DNA of 64,000 bases from an uncultured Flavobacteriaceae bacterium (GTDB lineage: Bacteria; Bacteroidota; Bacteroidia; Flavobacteriales; Flavobacteriaceae), in contig CAXYDM010000025.1 in the NCBI GenBank assembly GCA_964275595.1, positions 15,069 to 79,068 of the forward strand, given 5' to 3'. Below the pieces are notes generated by a model. It saw only the letters and a list, made by a program, of their open reading frames with translations. It made no database searches and was not told where the DNA came from. This document shows positions 40,301 to 52,415 of this stretch, piece after piece. The position numbers were made by a program, and so were the translations under genes. Positions within the stretch are counted from its first letter, which is position 1; each line of letters begins with the position of its first letter.

Positions 40301-40650
40301 AACTTATGAAAGGAATCTAAATCAAGTCAAAACATAATAAAGAGGAGCTCACAAGGGCTGTCTATAAATTAAGAGAGAAAATGATTGCTTTGGATAGAGA
40401 ATTTACAGGAAGTGCTGCTAAAGCTGAAATAGGTGAAAAGGACAGACTAAATTTAATGGACAGACTAATGAAGGCTAGGGGAGGTTGGTATCCAAATTCG
40501 TATGGACCAACGGAGTTACATATGCAAAGCTTCGAGATAGCTCAGCAAATGTATGAAAGATCAAAACCGAAAATTAATGAGTTTATTAAAGAGGTAAATG
40601 AATTAGGAAAGTTATTGGAAGATGCAGGAGGTCCAATATTTTTAGACTAA
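37377..40650 (+). pseudogene. VPS10/sortilin-type BNR (Asp-box) repeat protein, ~1090 aa, three indels
   Basis: Fragments 37320..38750, 38761..40245 and 40381..40650. Signal peptide starts at ATG 37377. Repeated S-x-D-x-G-x-T-W boxes (SLDGGKTWKDM, STDGGKTWKN, SKDGGDTWFK, TRDGGDNWSK, TINGGKKWKP). Frames join at 38715 (LGGDGHQPATEPGNPDIMYAQ), within 40209-40242 and within 40321-40334. Confidence 0.75.
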
Positions 40651-40673
40651 ATTTCTTAAAAATACTTTAAAAG

Positions 40674-40706
40674 AGTCTGTAAATTTATATTTGCAGGCTT
40701 TTTTTC
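40674..40706 (+). terminator. rho-independent terminator after the VPS10/BNR gene
   Basis: 10-bp stem AGTCTGTAAA / TTTGCAGGCT (two G-U pairs), 6-nt loop, then T7. Confidence 0.6.
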
Positions 40707-40856
40707 ATTACTATTTTTAAGGTTTCAATCGCTTCAAATTTTACATATTTTTCTTCAAACTTATTAATATAAATTAACAAGTCTTTGTAATTTTATTAAA
40801 TATATAATTAAGCATATCATAAATTTATAATTCTTCAAAAAAGCACTATAAAATTT

Positions 40857-40864
40857 TATATTTG
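40857..40864 (+). promoter_or_regulatory. possible Bacteroidota -7 promoter box (TAnnTTTG) for the SusC operon
   Basis: TATATTTG about 60 nt upstream of the SusC ATG. Such matches occur often by chance in DNA this AT-rich. Confidence 0.25.
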
Positions 40865-40924
40865 TTTAATTTGTATCATATTTTAAAATATTAATAACTT
40901 TTATTTAACTAAATTTTATAAACT

Positions 40925-43900
40925 ATGAAAATCATTTTCCGTATAATTATTCTATCGGTTTTAACTCCTTTAATTGCTTTTTCACAATCCAATTTAATTA
41001 CAGGTACCGTTAGTGATGAATCAGGATTACCACTTCCGGGTGTTACTGTTCAAGTAAAAGATTCTGATAATCTAGGCGCTATAACTAATTTTGATGGTGT
41101 TTTTTCAATTGCCATTCCTCAGACGCAAAACAAACCGTTGTTTTATCTTATGTTGGATATGCAACAGAAGAAGTAGATGTTTCTGAGCAATCAACTTTTT
41201 CATTAAACATGCAAGTTGACACTGATGAACTTGAAGAGGTAGTTGTTATTGGTTATGGTACTGTATTAAAGAAAGATATTACAGGTTCGTTATCTTCAGT
41301 TTCAGTTAGTGATGAGGTGGCAACCCAATCAAACTCTGTCGATCAACTTTTACAAGGGCGAGCATCTGGAGTACAAGTTATACAAAACAGCGCTGCGCCT
41401 GGTTCTGGAATTAGTGTTAAAATTAGAGGTACTAATAGTTTAAGAGGAAACAATGAACCTCTTTATGTTATCGATGGAATTATTATTTCTTCTGCAGGTG
41501 AAGATGTTCTTCCAACTGGTGGTGGTAACACTGGTCAGCAAACTCAAAATGGTTTAAATGGTATTAATCCACGTGATATAGAAAGTATTCAAGTTTTAAA
41601 AGATGCATCTGCAACTGCTATTTATGGATCAAGAGGAGCTAACGGAGTCGTTTTAATTACTACTAAAAAAGGAACTAGTGGAAAAGCTAAAATAAGTGCT
41701 TTTCTCACTAATTCAATAAGATCAGCAACTAATAAAATTGATGTATTAGATGCATTTGGTTTTGCAGAATATATTAATGAATTAGATGGAATAAATGGTT
41801 TTCTTCCAAGATACTCTTTCTCTGGCGATAGTATTTTTATTGGACGAGAAGGACAAGGAGATGTAAGAACTACCGACCTTTATAACTGGCAAGATGAAAT
41901 TTATGGAGACGGTTTTAGTCAGAAATTTGGAGCTTCTGCATCTGGGGGTGGAGAAAATGGTAATTATTATATTTCAGCAGGTTTTGATAATCAACAAGGC
42001 GTAGTAAGGACTTCTACATTTAAAAGTAGTGATATTAGAATTAATTTAAACCAAAATCTTAACGATAATCTTAAACTGCAAGCACGTATAAGTGGTTTTA
42101 TGAATAGTGGAAACTTTGCTGAAGGTGGTGATTTACTGGGTGGGGCTAATACAAGTTTTGTAAGAAATGTGATTGCATACAGACCAATTATCGAACATGA
42201 CTTGGATGATGTTTACTCAGAAGGAAATTTTACTACGAACCCATTTGCTTGGCAGAAAGACTTTTCTGATATTTCTAAAGAAATGCGTTTTATAGGTTCT
42301 GTTGGTCTTACCTATCAACTTCCTGTTAAGGGTTTATCCTACCAAATTAAATATGGAGGTAATATTAGAATAAAGGATAGAAGACGTTTCTATGGACTTA
42401 GTACTTTTCAGGGTTTAAATTCTAACGGAACACTACAAATAAGTACTATAAATGCTAAAACTCATCAGTTTAACAATATAGTAAGATTTAACAGAAAGTT
42501 TAACAGAAGACATAGAGTTAATGCTATGGTTGGTTTAACTTACGATGTAAGAAATGTAGAAAACAGTATTTATGCAGTTGAAGATTTTCTTACAATGCAA
42601 TTTACAACAAATCAACCGGCTTTTGGAAATGTAGTAACGAGACCTTTGACATATATCAAAGCTGATCAACAGATATTTTCCATGTTAGGACGTGTTAATT
42701 ACACTTTTGATAACAAGTATATTTTAACTGCTACTATTAGACGTGACGGAGTTTCAAAGTTTGCAGAAAGCAACAGATATGGTGTGTTTCCATCCTTAGC
42801 TTTTGCTTGGAATGCTGGAAATGAGCGTTTTATTCAAAATTTAGATATTTTTGAAAGTTTAAAATTTAGAGCTGGATGGGGACAGATTGGAAATCATGGG
42901 ATTGGTCCTTATGGTACTTTATCTAATTATGGAGTTTCTAATTTATATGGAAATGCAGATGGAGGTACCAATGTTCCAATTGCACTTCAGAACTTATCAA
43001 ATCCCGATTTAACATGGGAAACAACTGAACAAACAAACTTTGGTGTGGACTTTACTACATTAAACGGCGTTATTTCTGGAAATATTGATGTGTATGATAA
43101 ATTGACGAAGGATTTATTACAAAACTCTGAAATTCCTCCATCTTCTGGATTTACACGAATTTTAGTTAATAAAGGATCTATAACCAATAAAGGTATTGAA
43201 CTTGCACTGAATTTCACTCCTATTTCAAGAGATGATTTTGAACTTAGTTTTGGTGGAAATATTTCATTTAATAAAACTCAAATAGTAAACCTAGAATCAC
43301 AGCCTTTACTAGGTTTTTATGAAAATGGAGTTTTAACTGATAGAAGATTCTATTTTGGAAATTCAATCAGTAGAGGCCAATATTTTAGATACCCTGCAAA
43401 CGTATTTGTTGAAGGGGAAGAATCTAGTCTTTTTTACGGATTTGAGACAGATGGTATATATCAAACAGATGACACTGACCTTGTTGAAGGTGCGGTTGCT
43501 GGAGATGTAAGAAGAGTAGATCAATTAACTGAGGATACAGATGGCGATGGTGTTTTAGATTCTGGAGATGGAGTTATAGATGAAAGGGACAGAACGTTTA
43601 TTGGAAATCCAAATCCTGATTTTGTATACGGTTTCGACTTTAATTTAAAGTATAAGAGATGGAATTTAAGTGCTTTATTTAATGGTGTATATGGTAATGA
43701 TATTGCAAATGGAATGTTATTACAACTGGACAATGCAGAAGGTAGGGAATTTGCTAATATTATGCCTCGTGCTTATTATAATGCTTGGAGACCAGATAAT
43801 CCTTCTAATACACATCCAAGAATTGGATATAGAACTGAAGGACAAATAGCTATCACAGATCGAATAATTGAAGATGGAAGTTATTTAAGATTAAATAATT

Positions 43901-44115
43901 TAACTATTGGATATGATTTTCCAGTAAGTGAAAATAAATTTATTAATAACTTAAATGTTTATGTAGCTGGTCAAAATTTATTCACCTGGACTAATTACAG
44001 TGGTTATGATCCAGAAGTTTCCACTTTCTTATTCACAGGTCTGATCAATGGTGTTGATTGGAATAGTGGTATTAATGCTAGAAATATTTTGATGGGTGTT
44101 AACATTAAATTTTAA
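40925..44115 (+). pseudogene. SusC/RagA-family TonB-dependent outer-membrane transporter, one frameshift near the N-terminus
   Basis: Fragments 40925..41176 and 41209..44115. N-terminal carboxypeptidase-regulatory-like domain (ITGTVSDESGLPLPGVTVQVKDS). Plug domain (VVVIGYGT, IESIQVLKDASATAIYGSRGANGVVLITTKKG). Ends in NIKF. The alternate frame reads DAKQTVVLSYVGYATEEVDVSEQ from ~41122, so the indel lies at ~41100-41122. Confidence 0.88.
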
Positions 44116-44171
44116 ATTAGAAATTAGAAATAAAATAAAATAAAAAGTACAAGTATTAAAAATTAAAAATT

Positions 44172-45693
44172 ATGAAAAATTTAAAAATTATATTATTAAC
44201 GTTTATTGGTTTGACTTTCTACACATGTGATTTAGAAGAAGATCCAATATTTCTTAGATGCAGAAGCAACATATGCTGATCTTCAAGTTGCTAGAGGGGC
44301 TTTAGATGGAATTTACCAACAATTAAGTACATATATGGCTATGGAGCAACGTATTTTTGCTGTTAATGGTTTTTCAGGACTCTTTGTAACAAAAAAGAAT
44401 GGAAACAATGCTAATAATGTAAATAACATTAACCTTTTCTCTTTAAAACCTACTTATGATAGAGATACACAGAATATGTGGCAAGGTATGTATGCTGCAA
44501 TAGGTAGATGTAATGGAGCTATTGCTAATCTTACTACTTTCGATTCACCAACTGAGGCATCAGAATTAGGTTTTAACGATATTGCAGGGCAAGCCTATTT
44601 TGTTAGAGCTTGGTCTTATTTAACTTTGGTACGTTTGTGGGAAGATATTCCACTTTGGTTAGAGCTTCCAGATAATGATAATTTAAATAAACCAAAATCC
44701 CTTGCAAAAGATGTGTACGCTCAAATTATATCGGATGCACTAGCTGCAGCAAGCTTAATTAATGGAAATACTGGTGCAGGTTATCCAAAACAATATGCTG
44801 CAAATATGTTGTTAGCTAAAGTTTACATGACATTGGCTACTAATCCAGGTCTTAGAGCTGATGGGATTTCTGAAGCTCAGTACTGGCAAATGGCTTATGA
44901 TGAAGCTATTTTAGCATATGGTCAATATAGTTTGGTTGCTGATTATAGTTCTTTATTTACTGATGAATTTGAAAACTCTACGGAATCAATCTTTGAATTA
45001 CAATTAGCTCAAGATGCAGCGAATTCTCAAATGGGTCGAAATTACACCCCTTTTAAGTATAAACTAGGTCAACATTTCGGTTGGTTACAGGTTAGTGCAG
45101 ATGTTTTGTTAGACCATATGGCTACATATCCAGATGACCCAAGAATTGATGGGGCTTACTTGTATGAGTATAATAGAGCGGATAACGGAGTTCTTATCCA
45201 ACATTATCCTGCTATTGCAAATAGAAATCATTTTACTAGAGCACACCCTTTCTTATTTAAGTTTGTGGAAAAAGACACACAACATAGTAATCAATTTGGT
45301 GATCAAAATTTAATTATTTACAGATATGCAGATCTTCTTATTATGCTAGCAGAAATTTCTAATGAGTTGCAAAATGGACAGCAATTAGATTTTGTTACTC
45401 AAGTATTAGATCGTGTAGGTATGTCTAACGATGCTTATCTTGGTGATCAAAATTCTTTTAGAGATGCAATTATGAATGAATATAGATATGAACTTATTGG
45501 AGAAGGTGAAGATGCTCATAACAATAGAAGAAGAGGATTTGATTATTTTTTAACAAACACAATAAATAAACATAACAATAATCCTATATTTTCACCTAAC
45601 GTAGATTTGCTTTTAAGTACAGATCCAAACCAGGTTATGAAATTGCCAATTCCACTTACAGAGATTAATACAAATGAACTAATTGATGATTAG
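44172..45693 (+). pseudogene. SusD/RagB-family glycan-binding lipoprotein, one frameshift near the N-terminus
   Basis: ATG at 44172 gives MKNLKIILLTFIGLTFYTCDLEEDP (lipobox), which stops at 44277. The main body is track ORF 44335..45693, whose frame is open from 44236 (FLDAEATYADLQVARGALDGIYQQL). RYAD..LM.AE and NEYRYEL.GEG are SusD hallmarks. Confidence 0.85.
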
Positions 45694-45724
45694 TTTTTTG
45701 TTCTAATCATAGTATTAAATAATT

Positions 45725-45751
45725 AAGGGGCCTATTTTGGCCCCTTTTTTT
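45725..45751 (+). terminator. rho-independent terminator after SusD
   Basis: AAGGGGCC-TATTTT-GGCCCCTT followed by a T-run. Confidence 0.8.
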
Positions 45752-45852
45752 ATAATATTATCAATATGATTTGATAAATAAAAGAATCATTTAAAAAATG
45801 ATTGTATTTTTGTGAATTTTAATAAGAAAAATATCTATTGTAAAAAACAATA

Positions 45853-46618
45853 ATGGCAAAACTTCCTGTAAAGTATCAATTTTTAGATTTTTCGGATTAT
45901 GGCCGTTCATTAGGTTCATGGATTGCTAGTCAGCTCCAGTACACTAGTTTTACTGCTATTCATGTAACTACTATGTTTATAGTTTCTGGACTTATTGCAA
46001 TTGTTTGTATTCTCAACGAATATTATCATAGCTGCTGCTTTTTTTATAATATTAAAATCAGTTTTAGATGCAGCAGATGGTGAACTGTCAAGATTAAAAA
46101 AGACACCGTCTTATGTGGGGCGCTTTTATGACTCCATAGCAGATTTTTTACTAAATTTCTGTTTTTTATTCACATTTTGGTATATATCTGATATTTCTAT
46201 TGCTTATATGCTTATTGCTTTTTTTTGTATTCAACTTCAAGGAACTGTCTTTAATTACTATTATGTTATTTTAAGAAACTCAGTCGATGGTGATTCTACT
46301 AGTCGAATAGTTGAAGACTCCGCACCAATAGCTCTTAGAGGAGAGAGTCAAAAGATGGTTAATATTTTTTATAAGATTTACGATATTTTATACATTACTT
46401 TTGATAAAATCATGTATTTCATGGATAAAGAGGCCAGTAAATGTCGACCATTTCCAAAGTGGTTTATGACATTAGTCTCATTATATGGCCTTGGATTTCA
46501 GTTGTTAATTATGGCTATTATGTTAGTATTAAAACTAGACTTTTACGTAATTCCTTTTTTTATTTTTTATTCTGTTTTTATAATTGTCTTTGTAGTACTT
46601 AGAAAATTATTTCTTTAG
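45853..46618 (+). pseudogene. CDP-alcohol phosphatidyltransferase family membrane protein, one frameshift
   Basis: Fragments 45853..46083 and 45995..46618. Family motif D-x2-D-G-x2-x-R-x8-G-x3-D-x3-D is present as DAADGELSRLKKTPSYVGRFYDSIAD. The frames join near 46021. Confidence 0.7.
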
Positions 46619-46743
46619 ACGATACTAAAAGTATTTATTTATTTTTCCTACTGTTTGATTTAGCCTCAATATTGATATGAAATTCCCCAAATATTTTACT
46701 CTTCAAGTTTATTTCATTCTAAGATTGTTTTATCTTTATAACC

Positions 46744-47795
46744 ATGAAAAATCAACTAGTTGTAATCTATTTATTTTTTTCTTTAACAATACACTCTCAA
46801 CAGAGTAATTCTTCAACAATTTTATTATTGGAGCTACATTAAATTTCAATGAGCTAAATACTCAAAAATCAAATTTATTTTTAAAAGACTTTACTTATTT
46901 AACACCTGCTAACGCTGCAAAACAGACAATAGTCCATCCAAAGCCTAATACATGGAACTGGACTAAAATTAATGAAATGCTAGATTTCGCTAATCTTCAT
47001 AATTTAGATTTACGTATCCATGGACCTATTGGACCACAATCTTCTAAATGGATTAAGGACGATACAAGAACTAGTGATGAGCTTATGTTAAATTTAGTGG
47101 AGTTTATGACAGAATCTTGTATTAAATTTTCTAGTGAACCCTCTGTAAAATGGATGGATGTAGTTAATGAAACAATCTTGCCAAGTGGTAAATGGCATGG
47201 ACCTAAACTTGGTAATAACAAATGGGAAAACCCTTGGTTAAAAATCGGTTTAGATGAGAATGAGTTTCCTCTTTATATTCTAAAATCATTTGAAATTGCT
47301 ACAAAGCTAGCGCCTAATATAAGTTTAGTTTTTAACCAAAATGCAGGGTTTCAACCCCGATTATGGGATAAATTAAAAAAGAGTGTTAAATATATTAGAT
47401 CTAAAGGCTATAGAGTAGATGGTATAGGTTGGCAAGGACATTTATTGCTTAGCAAATCAACATATGGTTTTGTAAATGATTTAGACAAGGGAATTAAGGA
47501 TCTTTCAAATTTAATTGATTGGGCACATGAAAATGATTTAGATTTTCATGTAACTGAACTAGATTATTTTGTAGAAGATAAATCCAATTTGAGTAATGAT
47601 TTATTAGATCAAAAGATGATATACTCTAGAATAATTAATTTGCTTAAGGATAAATCTAAAAATGGTCTTGTTACACTAAATTTTTGGGACATGGGGGAAC
47701 GATTTAAAAAAGGTAAAGGTTATTTTCAATCTATTTATTCAAAAGATTTAGAGCCTAACCCTAGTTATGAATTATTAAATAATATTTTAAAATAA
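46744..47795 (+). pseudogene. GH10 endo-beta-xylanase, one frameshift after the signal peptide
   Basis: ATG at 46744 gives MKNQLVVIYLFFSLTIHSQQSNSS, which stops at 46840. The second frame is open from 46809 (FIIGATLNFNELNTQKSNLFLKDFTYLTPANAAKQ...). Track ORF 46977..47795 carries the GH10 acid/base motif WMDVVNE, GWQGHL and the nucleophile motif HVTELD. Confidence 0.85.
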
Positions 47796-47800
47796 ATAAA

Positions 47801-50137
47801 ATGAGATTAAAATTATTAATTATTACTTTTCTTACTGTTTTTAGTATTTCAGCTCAAGAAGATTCTTCATATAAGTTGTATTTGGATAGTTCTAAATCAC
47901 ATGATGATCGATTAAATGATTTAATGTCTAGAATGACTTTAGAAGATAAGGTTTATCAAATGAATCAATTTGTTGGTCTTGATCACATGAGAAAAGCCGA
48001 AAAAGATTTGTCCCCTGAGGATTTAGTTAACAATGATGCTCAAGGTTTTTATAAAGGGGTGTTTAGTACTGATGTAATGAAAATGACTCAAGAGGGTAAA
48101 ATAGGTTCTTTTTTACATGTTTTAACTGCTGAAGAAGGAAATCTACTACAAGAACTAGCTTATGAATCTAGATTAAAAATACCTATTCTAATAGGAATTG
48201 ATGCAATACATGGTAATGCACTTTTTAGTGGAGCTACTGTCTATCCATCTCCTATTACTTTAGCGTCAACTTGGAGTGATGAATTCCTTTTTGATGTAGG
48301 AAGACAAACCGCTCTTGAAATGAGAGCTACTGGTTCTCATTGGGCATTTACACCCAATATTGATGTATTAAGAGATCCTAGATGGGGTAGGGTCGGAGAA
48401 ACTTTTGGTGAAGATCCATTTATGGTTGGAAATCTAGGAGCTTCCATGATTAATGGTTTTCAATTAAATGATTTTACTGGAACAAATAAAGTTATAGCAT
48501 GTGCAAAACACATGATTGCTGGAAGTGAGCCAATTAATGGTTTAAATGCCTCTCCAATGGATGTGTCTTTAAGGACTCTAAAAGAGGTGTATTTACCTCC
48601 ATATAAGAAAGCAATTGATGCAGGTGTATATTCTATAATGGCTGCACACAATGAATTAAATGGCATTCCTTGTCATATGAATAGTTGGTTAATGACAGAC
48701 CTCTTTCGTGAAGATTGGGGATTTAAAGGTTTTTATGTTAGTGACTGGATGGACATTGAGAGAATCGAAACTTTACATCATGTTGCACATAATTTAAAAG
48801 AGGCTTCTTATCTCGCTGTTAATGCTGGTATGGATATGCACATGCATGGAGTCGATTTCCCAGAAGCAGTTATAGCATTAGTTAATGAAGGAAAACTTCC
48901 AATTTCTAGAGTTAATGATGCATGTTCAAAAATATTAATGGCTAAATTTAAATTAGGATTATTTGAAAACAGATTTGTTGATATTGAAAAAATTCCTCAA
49001 AATATTTTTACTTCTGACCACAGATTTACCGCATTAGAAACAGCGAGAAAAGGAATTGTATTATTGAAAAACTCTAATCTATTACCTTTAAACAAAGACA
49101 TAGAATCTAAGAAGATTTTAGTTACTGGACCTAATGCAAATAACCAATCTATTTTAGGAGACTGGCATGCAGCTCAGCCAGAAGAAAACGTAACAACAAT
49201 TTATGAAGGAATAAAAGAATTAGGTGAATCAAAAGGTTATGATGTTGTGTTTCATGACTCAAATGAAAATATTAGAAAGATTTCTAATAAAGATATTCAA
49301 AACACATTAAAAGCGTCTAAAGGAATGGATTATGTTGTTGTTGTGGTTGGAGATAACTCGATGAGGTATAAATGGAAAGATAAAACAGCTGGTGAGAATA
49401 TGGCTCGAGCTGACTTAAATTTAGCTGGTAAACAATTAGATCTTGTACGTTCTTTAAAGGAAATTAATAATAATGTTATTGTAGTATATGTTAATGGAAA
49501 ACCAATAAGCGAACCATGGATTCAAAACAATATACCTTCAATAATAGAAGCTTGGGAACCTGGAAATTTAGGCGGAAAAGCTGTTGCAGAGATTATTTTT
49601 GGAGACATTAATCCTAGTGGAAAATTACCTTTAACTGTTCCGAGAAGTGTGGGGCAATTACAAATGATATATAACCATAAACCCTCTCAATATTTTCATA
49701 AATATGCATTTGAGAAAAATACACCACTTTATTCATTTGGATACGGTTTAAGTTATACAAAATTTAATTATTCAAAACCTAAACTGCTTAACACAAACTT
49801 TGATACTAATTCTATTATCAAAGTTCAAGTAGATGTCACTAATACTGGAGATATGGATGGGGATGAAGTTGTACAGCTATATATTAGAGATAAAGTAAGT
49901 TCAGTTACAAGACCAGTAAAAGAATTAAAAGGTTACAAAAGAGTTCATATAAAAGTAGGAGAGACAAAAAATGTAATTTTTGAAATCACACCTGAATCTT
50001 TGGCTTTTTATGATATAGACATGAATTACGTTGTTGAACCTGGATCTTTCAATATTATGACAGGCTCATCATCTCATTTCAAGTCCTTAAAAACGATTGA
50101 ATTAACGATTTTAAATAAAATTGAATTTAATAATTAA
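47801..50137 (+). CDS. GH3 beta-glucosidase/beta-xylosidase (BglX-type)
   Basis: 778 aa; signal peptide; RDPRWGRVGETFGEDP, KHMIAGSEP, nucleophile GFYVSDW, C-terminal FnIII-like domain (KELKGYKRVHIKVGETK). Confidence 0.9.
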   Translation: MRLKLLIITFLTVFSISAQEDSSYKLYLDSSKSHDDRLNDLMSRMTLEDKVYQMNQFVGLDHMRKAEKDLSPEDLVNNDAQGFYKGVFSTDVMKMTQEGKIGSFLHVLTAEEGNLLQELAYESRLKIPILIGIDAIHGNALFSGATVYPSPITLASTWSDEFLFDVGRQTALEMRATGSHWAFTPNIDVLRDPRWGRVGETFGEDPFMVGNLGASMINGFQLNDFTGTNKVIACAKHMIAGSEPINGLNASPMDVSLRTLKEVYLPPYKKAIDAGVYSIMAAHNELNGIPCHMNSWLMTDLFREDWGFKGFYVSDWMDIERIETLHHVAHNLKEASYLAVNAGMDMHMHGVDFPEAVIALVNEGKLPISRVNDACSKILMAKFKLGLFENRFVDIEKIPQNIFTSDHRFTALETARKGIVLLKNSNLLPLNKDIESKKILVTGPNANNQSILGDWHAAQPEENVTTIYEGIKELGESKGYDVVFHDSNENIRKISNKDIQNTLKASKGMDYVVVVVGDNSMRYKWKDKTAGENMARADLNLAGKQLDLVRSLKEINNNVIVVYVNGKPISEPWIQNNIPSIIEAWEPGNLGGKAVAEIIFGDINPSGKLPLTVPRSVGQLQMIYNHKPSQYFHKYAFEKNTPLYSFGYGLSYTKFNYSKPKLLNTNFDTNSIIKVQVDVTNTGDMDGDEVVQLYIRDKVSSVTRPVKELKGYKRVHIKVGETKNVIFEITPESLAFYDIDMNYVVEPGSFNIMTGSSSHFKSLKTIELTILNKIEFNN

Positions 50138-50144
50138 ATCTATT

Positions 50145-51531
50145 ATGAAATTACACAAATCACTAATAATCATTATTTCATTGTTCTCATTATCACTTTA
50201 TGCCAACAATGAAAACAGTAGGGAAAATATCATTTTCATTATTGTGGATGACCTTAGAGACCTTACTATGGCGGATAATCAACTTGAAATTTTAACTCCT
50301 AACATTGATAAATTAAAGAAACGTGGAGTTACTTTTAAAAACTCATTTACTAATAATCCAGTTTGCGGAGCTTCAAGAGCTAGTTTACTCACCGGTTTAA
50401 GACCTACTAAATCTAGATTTACAACTTATTATACTAAAATAGATGAAGACACTCCAAATGCTGTAACAATTGCTTCTTATCTAAAAAATAATGGGTACAA
50501 GACGATTAGTAATGGTAAAATTTTACACCATGGCAAAGATGCAGTCTATGGATGGGACGATATTTTTAAGGGATCTAGAAATAATCCTAAGGATTATAAA
50601 GATCCGGTAAATATTAAAAATTTAAAAAAGAATTTTGGACCTGCATCTGAATTTGTATATGCTGAATGATAATGACTACTCAGATGGAAAGGTTACTCAA
50701 AAGACTATTAAAGATATAAAAACAATAAATCAATCTGATAAGCCTTTTTTTATAGCTGTTGGTTTTCAAAAGCCACATTTACCATTTATTGCTCCAAAAA
50801 AATACTGGGATTTATACGATAGAAAAGACATATCTCTACCACATAATAATTTTTTTCCACCCTCAGCACCACAAAAAGCAAATTATTTTTATGAATTAAG
50901 AAAGTTTACTGATATCCCTGAAAAAGGACCTATAACTGATGATAAAGCTAAAGAGTTAATTCATGCTTATTATGCTTGTGTAAGTTACATAGACGCACAA
51001 ATTGGGCTTATTTTAGATGAACTAAAGAATCAAGGTCTGACTAATAATACTACAGTTGTTTTGACTAGTGATCACGGATTTAGTCTTTCGGAGCATGGAA
51101 GGTGGACAAAACATAACTTGTTTCAATATGAATTAAAAATCCCTATGATTATTAGTTCACCTAAATACAAAAAAAACAAGACAAGTGAATCTTTTGTTGA
51201 ATTAGTGGATTTGTTTCCTACATTTTGTGATTTAGCTGAATTAGAAACTCCTGATTTTGTTCAAGGTAATTCTTTAGTCACAAATCTTAAAAGTCCTAAC
51301 AAAGTTACAAATGAGATAGCTTTTTCGATTTGGAAAAATGGTGAAACTTTAATTTCAAATAAGTACTATTACACTGAATGGAAAAGAAAGGGAGAGTTAA
51401 TCGACAGAATGTTGTATGATATAGAAAATGATGAACTTCAGATGAATAATATCGCTGAAATAAAATCAAACAAACCTATAGTTGATAGTCTTAGTCGTAT
51501 ATTAAATAAGCATATTAAGTCAGTTAAGTAA
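50145..51531 (+). pseudogene. S1 formylglycine sulfatase (iduronate-2-sulfatase-like), one frameshift
   Basis: Fragments 50121..50669 and 50635..51531. Signal peptide starts at ATG 50145. IIFIIVDDLRD, FGly motif CGASRASLLTG, VGFQKPHLPFIAPKKYWDLY, LTSDHGF. The frames join near 50665 (..FVYAE/DNDYSDGK). Confidence 0.85.
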
Positions 51532-51532
51532 A

Positions 51533-52407
51533 ATGAAATTGTTATCTAAGTTTTTATTATTTTTTTTTATTGGCTATTTATCTTGTTATTCACAAGTAGT
51601 TTTGAGTGATGATAAAATAAACGTATTCATTTTTGCAGGTCAATCTAATATGGCAGGAGCTGCAGATGCTTCTAATTTAAGTAATGTAGATTTAATAGAT
51701 CTTGAAAAGGCTAAAGAAAATGTTTCTTTTGTTTACAATGGTAACAAAGCTGTTCCTTTAAATGTTACAATACCAGCTGATTGGAAGAAAAAAAAGTTTC
51801 AATTAGATAGTTGTTTTGGTCCAGAGATTTTCTTTGGAATTGAATTATCAAAAAAACATCCAAATAAAAAGTTTTTGTTTATTAAAAGAGCGCTTGGTGG
51901 AGCATCGTTGTACGGATGTTGGAATCCAAATTGGACTAAGGAAAAAGCTCAATATGTTAATGAGTTAAACAGGCCAAAACTTTTTTATGAACTTTTAAAT
52001 GATGTAGATAGAGAATTGTTAAAATATAAAAAATCCGATTATCAAATTATGGCTATGTTATGGGTCCAGGGTGAGTCTGATAGTGGTCAGAAATGGGGTC
52101 CTTTACCTTCAGACACTTATTTGAAAATTTAAAAAATTTAATAAATAAGTCTAGAGCAGCATTTAAATATCCAGAAATGCCATTCTTGATCATGCAGGTA
52201 GGTAGTAAAAAAATAGTTCAGGCTATGAAGAATGTATCAATTGAATTAAAAAATGTTATTTTTATTTCTCAAAGTAAAGATAGGTCTTCTGATAATTTTC
52301 TTTCAAAGCGTGAAGACAACATACATTATAATTATATCGGAATGAAAAAAATAAGTAACTTATTTTTAAATAATTTCAACACAATCAATAATAAATATAA
52401 CCAATAA
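51533..52407 (+). pseudogene. SASA/GQSN-type carbohydrate esterase (sialate O-acetylesterase / CE6-like), one frameshift
   Basis: Fragments 51533..52132 and 52093..52407. FIFAGQSNMAG catalytic-Ser motif; WVQGESD. The frames join at the T-run 52120-52122 (..PSDTY/FENLKNLINKSR). Confidence 0.75.
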
Positions 52408-52415
52408 ATTAAATT

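Noticed and set aside
45786-45852. Short palindromes (AATCATT-TAAAA-AATGATT at ~45786-45804, TATTGT-AAAAA-ACAATA at ~45836-45852) as possible operators
   Set aside because: Perfect A/T palindromes of 6-7 bp are expected by chance at this base composition. There is no cognate regulator nearby and no second copy at other PUL promoters.
46677-46808. 43-aa ORF (MKFPKYFTLQVYF...) just upstream of and overlapping the GH10 start
   Set aside because: It overlaps the GH10 signal-peptide codons in another frame, has no recognisable features, and ends at a stop before the GH10 body. It is most likely a chance ORF.
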